Shown here: in pieces, positions 8,220-15,157 of the stretch
Layout: every line of letters begins with the position of its first letter
Numbering within the stretch: position 1 is the stretch's first letter
NCBI GenBank assembly: GCA_044238425.1
Contig: JBIIDI010000001.1
Coordinates: 1-42,156, forward strand
Reading direction: 5' to 3'
DNA length: 42,156 nt
Source: Ilumatobacteraceae bacterium
GTDB lineage: Bacteria; Actinomycetota; Acidimicrobiia; Acidimicrobiales; Ilumatobacteraceae
Made by a program: the position numbers and the translations under genes
Notes under the pieces: generated by a model
Database searches by the model: none
What the model was told of the DNA's origin: nothing
The model's input: the letters and a program-made list of their open reading frames with translations, nothing else

Positions 8220-9413
8220 TCAGCTGAGTCCCCAGCGCTGCTTGAACAGGTCCTGGAATCCTTCGATTCCGGGCCACAGCGCGGTCGGATCCTTCACCGT
8301 GGGTTGCGTGAGGATCTGGCGGGGCAGACCGTTGAGACCGATGTCGGTCTTGTCGAAGATGCCCTCGATGGCCGGCGACTTCGAGATCGTGCCGTCGGTG
8401 AACAGCGTGATCGCGATGTCGACTGCGCGCCAGCCGAGCAGACCCGAGGCGAGTGCGAACTCACCGGTCTGGTGCTTGCCGTCGGCAATGAACTGGAAGT
8501 TCATCGGTGAGCCGGCCTGCGACACGGCCTTCGCCTGGTCGACGAGTCCCGCAGCTTCGAGTGCTTCCGGAACGCCGAACATCATGCCGCCGAATGCGTA
8601 GGCAATGAAGTCGAGGTTCGGGTCGGCCTGGAGAGCCGACACCATCTGGCCGGGCAGGTTCGTTCCGAGGTCGGCGAGGCCGATCTCCTGGAACTTCACC
8701 GTGCACTCGGGGCAAATGAGTTCGATCTCGGCTTTGAAGCCGTCCTGCACGAGTGACAACACGGGGAACACCGGCAGACCGACGAACAGGATGTTCTTGT
8801 TCGGGCTGTTGGCGTACGCGTAGTCGGCCATGACCACTCCGTAATAGAAGTAGTCGTCACCGGACAGGATGTTCACGGCGATGCCTTTGCCCGGTTCGAA
8901 CGGCTCGGGAATTGACCACGAGATGACCGGGATGTTCATCGACTCGAGCGTGTCGAGCTGGGTCTGGAACCATTCGCGCGGGTTGCCGCTCGTCATGACG
9001 ACGTCAGGCTTCGCCGCGATGGCCGCATCGAAGGCCGCCGCGACGGTGTCGGGCGTGTCCTGGTGCGACGTGGTCTTGATCGTCCAGCCCTTCGAGGCCA
9101 GTGCCGCTACTGCCTCTTCGACTCCGGAGCCGATCTCAGCACATACCGGCACGGAGCAGGTGATGTAGAACACGGTCTTGTTTTCCGGAACTGACGTCGG
9201 CGCCGGGCCCAAGTCGAGCTCGGTGACGGGCTGCGAAAGTGCCTCAACGCGCGCGAGCGCGATGTCGGCGGGGCTTTCACCCGTTGCTTCCGCAGTGGTC
9301 TCTTCGGTCGCCACGGTGTCTTCCGTGGCAGTGTCGTCGCTCGAGCCACCACAGGCCGTGACAACCACGAGCCCGAGTGCCGTGAGCGCGGCGACGAGTG
9401 TCTTGCGTTTCAT
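8220..9413 (-). CDS. ABC transporter substrate-binding lipoprotein (type I periplasmic-binding fold, sugar-binding-like)
   Basis: MKRKTLVAALTALGLVVVTAC|GGSS is a lipoprotein signal with a lipobox Cys, followed by an acidic/Thr linker and a PBP-like body. ATG at 9413 has AAGGGGGA upstream. The protein also contains CSVPVC and CPEC motifs. Confidence 0.8.
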   Translation of the reverse strand: MKRKTLVAALTALGLVVVTACGGSSDDTATEDTVATEETTAEATGESPADIALARVEALSQPVTELDLGPAPTSVPENKTVFYITCSVPVCAEIGSGVEEAVAALASKGWTIKTTSHQDTPDTVAAAFDAAIAAKPDVVMTSGNPREWFQTQLDTLESMNIPVISWSIPEPFEPGKGIAVNILSGDDYFYYGVVMADYAYANSPNKNILFVGLPVFPVLSLVQDGFKAEIELICPECTVKFQEIGLADLGTNLPGQMVSALQADPNLDFIAYAFGGMMFGVPEALEAAGLVDQAKAVSQAGSPMNFQFIADGKHQTGEFALASGLLGWRAVDIAITLFTDGTISKSPAIEGIFDKTDIGLNGLPRQILTQPTVKDPTALWPGIEGFQDLFKQRWGLS

Positions 9414-9444
9414 GTGTATGGGTCCCCCTTGTTGCGGTTGTGTA

Positions 9445-9484
9445 ACCGTGGCTTGACCGTACCGTGCCACGGGTCACCGTGCCA
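9445..9484 (-). promoter_or_regulatory. Candidate operator: ACCGTGGC (9445-9452) plus two exact ACCGTGCCA copies (9461-9469 and 9476-9484); inverted pair CCGTGGC/GCCACGG (9446-9452 / 9466-9472)
   Basis: Read directly, 30-70 nt upstream of the SBP start codon in the 147-nt leader/promoter region. Confidence 0.3.
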
Positions 9485-9560
9485 AACTCGAGAACGGACC
9501 GGGACCTTGCCTTCGGACTCCGGCGAGGTGGGTGTCCGAGCCCCGGCTACTGCCTGTTCG

Positions 9561-10121
9561 CTACAGCCACGTGCTGCTCAGCGCGTCACGTCGGGCAGTC
9601 CATTCCTCGCTCGTACACCCGAAACGGTCGTGGTCTTCCCACACGCCGTTGATCTCGAGGAATCCGAGCGCTCGACCCTCGTGGCGAAAGCCCACCTTCT
9701 CCATCACGCGCAAGCTGTTGCGGTTGCGCGGAATGATGCACACCTCGACGCGGTGCAAGCGCAAGTCGTCGAAGGCGAACTTCGTGATGACGACGACGCC
9801 CTCGGCGATGTATCCGTTGCCGGCGCGGTCACGGTCGATCCAGTAACCGATCGTGCCCGATTGCATCGCGCCGCGCATGACGTTGTTCAGGTTCACCTCG
9901 CCGACGAACGCCGAATCGACGAAGACGCCGAAGGAGTACGCATGTCCCCCCGCGCGCTCACGTTCACGGGCCACGCAGCGCTGCCGGAACGCGGTGCGGT
10001 CGAGGGCGGGATCGGAGGTGCCTGCGGGACGTGTCGGTTCCCAGGCGGTCAACCACTCACCGTTGCGGCGTCGCACCTCGCCGTACGCCTCGAAGTCCGA
10101 TTCGGTGAGCGGACGCAGCAT
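9561..10121 (-). CDS. GNAT family N-acetyltransferase (RimJ/RimL-like)
   Basis: MLRPLTESDFEAYGEVRRRN..WL..WEP...GYWIDRDRAGNGYIAEG...LHRVEVCIIPRNRNSLRVMEKVGFRHEG is a RimJ-like pattern. The start is uncertain: ATG 10121 is chosen, with GTG 10175 as an alternative. Confidence 0.8.
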   Translation of the reverse strand: MLRPLTESDFEAYGEVRRRNGEWLTAWEPTRPAGTSDPALDRTAFRQRCVARERERAGGHAYSFGVFVDSAFVGEVNLNNVMRGAMQSGTIGYWIDRDRAGNGYIAEGVVVITKFAFDDLRLHRVEVCIIPRNRNSLRVMEKVGFRHEGRALGFLEINGVWEDHDRFGCTSEEWTARRDALSSTWL

Positions 10122-10198
10122 GATCCGTCGTCCGTACAGACGCGTCGGTGCGTGGGGGTTGCCGGCCGGATGCACGACGCGTCCGCCGTGGCGCGCCG

Positions 10199-11170
10199 TC
10201 ACGGCGACACCTGCGACGCAGTGGACGGACCGTCGTTGCGCATCGCGGCGAGGGCGAGTCCGTCGAGGAGGTTGTGCGTGCTCACGGTGATCTCGGACAG
10301 GTGGAGTCGGCGCATGATCGCGACGAGCAGGCAGCACCCGGCGACGATGACGTCGGCGCGCTCGCGGGGCAGACCGGGATTGTGAATGCGGTCGGCGAGC
10401 TTCTCCGTTGCGAGCGTGCGGAACACGTCCTCGGCGGCGTCCTTCGTCAGCGACATGCCGTGCAGGCGCGTCGCATCGAACGTCGCGAGTCCGAGTTCGA
10501 CGGCGGCGATCGTGACGATCGTTCCCGCGACGCCGACGACATGCGTCGCGGAGCCGATGAGCGGCTGTTCGAGAACCGCATTGTCGACGGCATCCCCGAC
10601 GATCGACACTGCATTCGACAGTTCTTCGGGGCGTGGTGGATCGTGGTGCAGCTCCGATTCCGTGAGCGAGACGACACCGAAGGGCAGGCTCACCGTGCCG
10701 TCGACGTCGCTCGTGCCGACCGTCAGTTCGGTCGATGCGCCACCGATGTCGATGACCATCGTCGGGGCGTTCCCGCCGGGAGCGCCGCGCGCGTCCGTCT
10801 GGCGGTCACGAAGTGCGCCGTGCCACGCCAGCTCGGCCTCCTCGCGTTCGGACAGCAAGCGCGGAGTCGTGCCGACGATGTCGTGGACGCGGGCGAACAA
10901 GTCCTGGGTGTTCGTTGCGATGCGGCACGCAGCCGTGGCGCCGATCGTCGTCGTCGTCACGCCGTGACTGCGGATGAGTTCGGCGTACGTCGCGACCGTG
11001 GTGCACACGCGATCGATTGCCGCCGCACCGAGCACGCCCGTGGCAGAGACACCTTCGCCGAGTCGCGTGACGCGCACCTCGCGGTGAACGTCGACGAGGC
11101 GTCCGTCGCGCACGTCGGCGATGAGCAGGTTGGACGAATTCGACCCGAGGTCGATGGCGGCGATCCGCAT
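10199..11170 (-). CDS. Ppx/GppA family phosphatase (exopolyphosphatase-like)
   Basis: MRIAAIDLGSNSSNLLIAD... is the ASKHA N-terminal motif. ATG at 11170 overlaps the DUF501 stop by 1 nt (TGATG). Confidence 0.88.
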   Translation of the reverse strand: MRIAAIDLGSNSSNLLIADVRDGRLVDVHREVRVTRLGEGVSATGVLGAAAIDRVCTTVATYAELIRSHGVTTTTIGATAACRIATNTQDLFARVHDIVGTTPRLLSEREEAELAWHGALRDRQTDARGAPGGNAPTMVIDIGGASTELTVGTSDVDGTVSLPFGVVSLTESELHHDPPRPEELSNAVSIVGDAVDNAVLEQPLIGSATHVVGVAGTIVTIAAVELGLATFDATRLHGMSLTKDAAEDVFRTLATEKLADRIHNPGLPRERADVIVAGCCLLVAIMRRLHLSEITVSTHNLLDGLALAAMRNDGPSTASQVSP

Positions 11171-11583
11171 CAGCGCGCTTCCCCGAGTTTCACCGCGACC
11201 CACGCACCGACCGGATCGTCGTTACCCGCCAGCCACGCAGCGAAGTGGGCGTGCAGGCACTTCACTCCGCGACGCGTACCGCCCACCCCGCCACTCGGAC
11301 GCGGTCCGGTGTGATCGGTGGGCATCGCGGTGTCACGTTCGTTGGCATATGCCGCGTGGGCGGCAGCGAGCGTTTCGGGATCGATCTCGCGTTCGGCGGC
11401 ATCAACTCCGCCGTCGGCCTCGAGTTGCGAGACGCGTTTTATGTCGCGCGAACCGACGAGCCAGTAACGGGTGGGCATCGGGGTTGCGTCGTCGAGGAGC
11501 GGGGCGTTGCGTACGACACGCGGATCACCCGCGGCGTCGCGCACGATGACGTCGAAGTCGCCGCGCGGGCGACGACCGAGCAA
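11170..11583 (-). CDS. DUF501 domain protein (counterpart of mycobacterial Rv1025)
   Basis: LGRRPRG...TPMPTRYWL...GGVGGTRRGVKCLHAHFAAWLAG resembles DUF501. TTG at 11583 is the only canonical start, but the frame stays open upstream into the coxG stop, so the 5' end is uncertain. Confidence 0.75.
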   Translation of the reverse strand: MLGRRPRGDFDVIVRDAAGDPRVVRNAPLLDDATPMPTRYWLVGSRDIKRVSQLEADGGVDAAEREIDPETLAAAHAAYANERDTAMPTDHTGPRPSGGVGGTRRGVKCLHAHFAAWLAGNDDPVGAWVAVKLGEAR

Positions 11584-11618
11584 TTCGGCGACGCGCTCCC
11601 GATCTGCCTGTGACGCGG

Positions 11619-12488
11619 TCAGAGCAGCAGCACCGCCGCGATGACGACGCCGGCGATGACGATGACGGCGGGCACGAGGCGCTTCACCATCGTCGATCCT
11701 GCCGTCTCCAGGAGGTTGATCGGCTCTGCGGCCGGACCGTCGATTTTGCGGATCGTCGGTGCGGTTTGCGCAGGCGTCGACGGTGTTGCTGTCGACTGTG
11801 TCCCTGTTGTCGGTGTCGCTGTCACCGGTGCAGGGGGTGTCGACGAAACGGCGGCCGACGTCGGTGTTGGCACAGACGACGTAGTCGACACAGACGAAGT
11901 AGTTGGCACAGTGGGTGCAGCGGGTGTCGGTGCAGATGCCGGCGGGGGAGTCGGTGCCGACGCCGGTGCTGCGGACGCGGTTGCCGCGGGAGTTGGTGCC
12001 GCCGCTGGGGTGGCGGTGGTGCCGCTCGATGCTCCGATACCGCCCGAGGCAATGAGCGTGTTGAGGTTGTCGACGAATTGGGCAAGCAGCTTGTCGCTGA
12101 CGTCGGCGAGAGCACCGCGACCGAACTGGGCGACCTTTCCCGAAATCGTGAGGTCGGTGTGCACGTTGCAGCGCGTTGACGTTGCCGACTCCGACGTCAA
12201 CGACGCCGTGATGATGGCCGACGCGTTGCCCTTGCCACCCGTGTCACGACCTTCACCCTTCAACGCCGCCGTGTACGTCGCGTCGTTGCGCTCGATGAAC
12301 GACGCCTGACCCTTGAATTGGGCGACGACCGGGCCGACCTTCACGCCGACGTGACCGCGGTACGTGTCACCCTCGACTTCGGTCAACTGCGCGCCGGGCA
12401 GGCACGGTGCGATGCGCTCGAGGTCGGTGAGAATGCGCCATGCGTCGGCGATCGGCACCGCCACCGTGAATTCGTGTCGCAGGTCCAT
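11619..12488 (-). CDS. SRPBCC / CoxG family protein with a Pro-Thr-Ala-Ser-rich linker and a C-terminal transmembrane anchor
   Basis: MDLRHEFTVAVPIADAWRILTDLERIAPCLPGAQL... is CoxG-like for about 145 aa. A ~100-aa low-complexity linker follows, then LVPAVIVIAGVVIAAVLLL*. GAAGGAG lies upstream of ATG 12488. Confidence 0.85.
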   Translation of the reverse strand: MDLRHEFTVAVPIADAWRILTDLERIAPCLPGAQLTEVEGDTYRGHVGVKVGPVVAQFKGQASFIERNDATYTAALKGEGRDTGGKGNASAIITASLTSESATSTRCNVHTDLTISGKVAQFGRGALADVSDKLLAQFVDNLNTLIASGGIGASSGTTATPAAAPTPAATASAAPASAPTPPPASAPTPAAPTVPTTSSVSTTSSVPTPTSAAVSSTPPAPVTATPTTGTQSTATPSTPAQTAPTIRKIDGPAAEPINLLETAGSTMVKRLVPAVIVIAGVVIAAVLLL

Positions 12489-12530
12489 GGACTACTCCTT
12501 CGATCTGTCTCGTCGATTGCCCGGTCGTCG

Positions 12531-13145
12531 TCACTGCGGAGACGTTCGCCCGCTGATGCGGGTGAGATCGTCCCTCGTGTCGACATCCGTCGGCGTTCCG
12601 CGACAGGCTACTTCGCACACGATTTCGGCTTCCTTACGCAGCAGCTGACGGGCGCCTTCGTCACCGACGACGGGAATGTCGGACCACCAGCGTCGGGCGA
12701 TGCGCACGGGATGACCGCGCTCTCCGTCGTACGTTGCCACGGCGAGTTCGCACGCGCAGTCGGCGAGACGTCGCCACGCGTCCGGATCGATGCGCGGTTG
12801 ATCGGCGAGACCGACGACGACGACGTCCAGCCCCCGCTCGGCCGCGGCGTCGAATCCCGCGTGCAGAGACGTCGCCATCCCGTCTGCCCATTGCGGGTTG
12901 TTCACCACGGAGACCGGCACCCGTGACGCCGCCGGCAGCGCGGCGACGACGCGGCTGACTTCGTCGGAGAAATCGTCGGCGCCGACGACGACGATGACGG
13001 GGCCGATGGCGCTGGCGAGGACGCTCTCCAGTGCGTGCGCGAATACGCTCGAGCCGTCGAGTGAGGCGCGCAGCTTGTGTCCCGGGCCGGCGAATCTCCG
13101 CCCGGCGCCGGCGGCGAGGAGCACGGCACACACCTCTGTGGTCAT
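12531..13145 (-). CDS. MobA/MocA-like nucleotidyltransferase (molybdenum cofactor cytidylyl/guanylyl-transferase family)
   Basis: The N-terminal AVLLAAGAGRRF loop is typical of NTP_transf_3 proteins. The start is ATG 13145 or GTG 13151. Confidence 0.75.
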   Translation of the reverse strand: MTTEVCAVLLAAGAGRRFAGPGHKLRASLDGSSVFAHALESVLASAIGPVIVVVGADDFSDEVSRVVAALPAASRVPVSVVNNPQWADGMATSLHAGFDAAAERGLDVVVVGLADQPRIDPDAWRRLADCACELAVATYDGERGHPVRIARRWWSDIPVVGDEGARQLLRKEAEIVCEVACRGTPTDVDTRDDLTRISGRTSPQ

Positions 13146-13215
13146 CGCCACAGCCTGCCAGACCCCTATGAAATCGCGACCTGACGGGGATCGGGCGGAA
13201 TAGGGAGGCCCAAAT

Positions 13216-13254
13216 ATGACGAAATGATGACGAAAGTCCCGTAGGCTGTCATCA
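13216..13254 (+). promoter_or_regulatory. Repeat/inverted-repeat element in the leader of the NlpC/P60 gene
   Basis: ATGACGAAA occurs twice with an 11-nt period (13216-13224 and 13227-13235). An inverted repeat TGATGAC (13225-13231) / GTCATCA (13248-13254) sits in the only AT-rich patch of the divergent intergenic region. Confidence 0.3.
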
Positions 13255-13318
13255 CATCGTTATCCAGACCGTCCCGGTGACGGCCATCCCGATCTCGCCC
13301 CACCCGCCCGGAGGACCG

Positions 13319-14017
13319 ATGCCCACCAACTCGAGCTGCCACCGCCACAACCCCGCGCAACGAACATGCGTTCGCCATCGCCTCGTTCTCGTCGCTGCCG
13401 TCGTGCTCGGCAGCATCGCCGGTCTCGTCGCGGTGCGCCCGGGCGAGGCGCGGGCGGTTGCAATCCCCGAGCATTCAACGGAGTGGATCGCGCGCATGGC
13501 GTTCGACATCACGACCGAACTGCGTCGCGCGGGTGACGTGCCCCGCGCCGAACTGCGTGACGTGGCCGCACGCGCCATTTCCGAGACCGCGAGCCTCGTC
13601 GCGTACCACCTCGACGCCGATCCCGTGTCGTTGCGTCGCGCTTGGCTCGATGCGCCGTTGGAACGCAGGATCGCGGTGTTCTCCGCCCTCAGCCAACTCG
13701 GTGTGCCGTACGAACTGAACGGTGACGCACCGTTCGTCGGTCTCGACTGTTCGGCGCTGACGAAGTACGCATGGGGCCAGGCGGGTGTCGACCTCGATCG
13801 CGCGAGTGCGTCGCAGTACGCACGCGGACGGCGCATCGGCGTCGATCGTCTCCGCGCCGGCGACCTCGTGTGGTATCCGGGTCACATCATGATGTCGCTC
13901 GGGGTGCCCGAGCTCATCGTGCACGCCCGATCCGGCGCGCGAACGGTGGAAATCCATCGCATCGCCGACGAACGTCTCGACTGGATGCGCTGGATCGATC
14001 CGACGACGCGATCCTGA
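13319..14017 (+). CDS. NlpC/P60 family cell-wall peptidase with N-terminal signal/anchor
   Basis: GLDCSALTKYAWGQAG...GDLVWYPGHIMMSLG...IVHA is an NlpC/P60 Cys-His-His arrangement, preceded by the hydrophobic segment LVLVAAVVLGSIAGLVAV. ATG at 13319 follows GGAGGA; GTG 13277 is an alternative start. Confidence 0.8.
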   Translation: MPTNSSCHRHNPAQRTCVRHRLVLVAAVVLGSIAGLVAVRPGEARAVAIPEHSTEWIARMAFDITTELRRAGDVPRAELRDVAARAISETASLVAYHLDADPVSLRRAWLDAPLERRIAVFSALSQLGVPYELNGDAPFVGLDCSALTKYAWGQAGVDLDRASASQYARGRRIGVDRLRAGDLVWYPGHIMMSLGVPELIVHARSGARTVEIHRIADERLDWMRWIDPTTRS

Positions 14018-14031
14018 CGCGCAACGCGTCA
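14015..14031. terminator. 17-bp palindrome TGACGCG-caa-CGCGTCA containing the stop codons of both convergent genes
   Basis: The plus-strand TGA (14015-14017) and minus-strand TGA (14029-14031) form the outer base pairs of a 7-bp stem. Confidence 0.3.
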
Positions 14032-14832
14032 GTGAATCGGCCCGCTCGTCGCCGACAGCGGCCGCGCGGAACGACCCGAACGCGCGGCAACGATTTCCGC
14101 GCAGATGGAAATCGCCGTTTCTTCCGGCGTACGGGCGCCGATGTCGAGCCCGATCGGTGAGTGCAGACGGGAAATCTCCGCGTCGCTGGTCCCCACTTCG
14201 CGCAGCCGTTCGAGCCGCTTGTCATGCGTGCGGCGGCTGCCCATGACGCCGATGTAGCCGACGTTGCCGGCGAGCGCGCCGCGGATCGCGGGGACGTCGA
14301 ACTTCGGGTCGTGGGTGAGTACGCACACCGCGTCGCGCGAACCGAGATCGCCGCCGACCCGGTCGAACAACTCGTTCGGCCAGGCGACGACGAGTTCGTC
14401 GGCCATCGGAAATCGTTTCGGGGTGGCGAACACCTTGCGCGCGTCGCACACGGTGACGTGGTAGCCGAGCACTTTCGCGACGCGCGCGAGAGCGGCGGTG
14501 AAGTCGACGGCACCGAAAATGATCATCCGCGGCGGCGGGGCGAACGATTCGATGAACACGCGCACGACGGTCTCACCGACGAGGTCTGCGGGGGTCGTCT
14601 CGCCGCGCGGCCCGTAACTGCGCACGCCGTTGCGCCCGGCGTCGAGTTCACCGAGTGCGTCGCGGGTCGCGACGCGGTCGAGTTCGACGTTGCCGAGCGA
14701 ACCCTGCGTCGAGCCGTCTCCCGTGACGAGCAGCGATGCCCCGCACCGTTCGCCGTCGAGCACGGTGAGAAGGGCGACCGGTCTGCGGTCGCGGACGGCG
14801 CTCGCGAGCGCGGAAACGTGGTCGTCGCTCAC
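14029..14832 (-). CDS. XdhC/CoxF-like Mo-enzyme maturation protein (XdhC_CoxI plus Rossmann-like domain)
   Basis: RPVALLTVLDGERCGASLLV..., RMIIFGAVDFTAALARVAKVLGYHVTVCDAR and IGLDIGARTPEETAISICAEI match the family pattern. The start is GTG at 14832. Confidence 0.85.
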   Translation of the reverse strand: MSDDHVSALASAVRDRRPVALLTVLDGERCGASLLVTGDGSTQGSLGNVELDRVATRDALGELDAGRNGVRSYGPRGETTPADLVGETVVRVFIESFAPPPRMIIFGAVDFTAALARVAKVLGYHVTVCDARKVFATPKRFPMADELVVAWPNELFDRVGGDLGSRDAVCVLTHDPKFDVPAIRGALAGNVGYIGVMGSRRTHDKRLERLREVGTSDAEISRLHSPIGLDIGARTPEETAISICAEIVAARSGRSARPLSATSGPIH

Positions 14833-14839
14833 CGTTTGC

Positions 14840-15157
14840 TCACCACGTGTAGCGCTGCATGAAGAGGTGGATCGTGCCGCCGCACGTGAGGCCGACGGCG
14901 AATGCCTCGTCGTCGCTGTAGCCGAAGCTGATGAGTTCGGGTGGGGAATCGTTGCGCAGCATCTCCATGGCGCGCTCGACGACGGCCCCCTCGACGCAAC
15001 CGCCGCTCACCGATCCGACGACGTCACCGTCGACGGTGACCGCCATGGCGGCCCCGGGAAGGCGTGGTCCGGACCCTTCGATGTCGACGACGCGGGCGAC
15101 GACGCACGCGGTGCCGCTCTCGCGCCAGCGTTCGAGTTCGTCGAGGATTTCGCGCAT
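14840..15157 (-). CDS. Stand-alone XdhC_CoxI N-terminal-domain protein
   Basis: MREILDELERWRESGTACVVARVVDIEGSGPRLPGAAMAV...GSVSGGCVEGAV, 105 aa. ATG at 15157 overlaps the VWA stop by 1 nt. Confidence 0.8.
   Translation of the reverse strand: MREILDELERWRESGTACVVARVVDIEGSGPRLPGAAMAVTVDGDVVGSVSGGCVEGAVVERAMEMLRNDSPPELISFGYSDDEAFAVGLTCGGTIHLFMQRYTW

Noticed and set aside
9461-9484. Reading TGGCACGG (the minus-strand form of the ACCGTGCCA repeats) as a sigma-54 -24 element.
   Set aside because: No TTGC -12 element lies at the required spacing. Actinomycetota generally lack RpoN.
9414-9560. A Moco riboswitch in the 147-nt leader of the importer/Mo-enzyme operon.
   Set aside because: I cannot recognise the conserved Moco-motif core by eye. 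It would need cmsearch with RF01055, and nothing in the sequence positively supports it.
11610-12179. A plus-strand ORF encoding a Cys/Arg-rich peptide (…CCCRLCPCCRCRCHRCRGCRR…).
   Set aside because: It is the mirror image of the Pro/Thr/Ala-rich linker of coxG on the opposite strand. It is repeat-driven, has no start context, and lies inside a well-supported gene.
13152-13318. A canonical ydaO / c-di-AMP riboswitch upstream of the NlpC/P60 gene.
   Set aside because: Only loose fragment similarity is visible. The conserved 3' ACAGCUAACCUCGUAAGCG-type element and the expected spacing between the pseudo-symmetric halves are not present. It is kept only as something for a covariance-model search to exclude.
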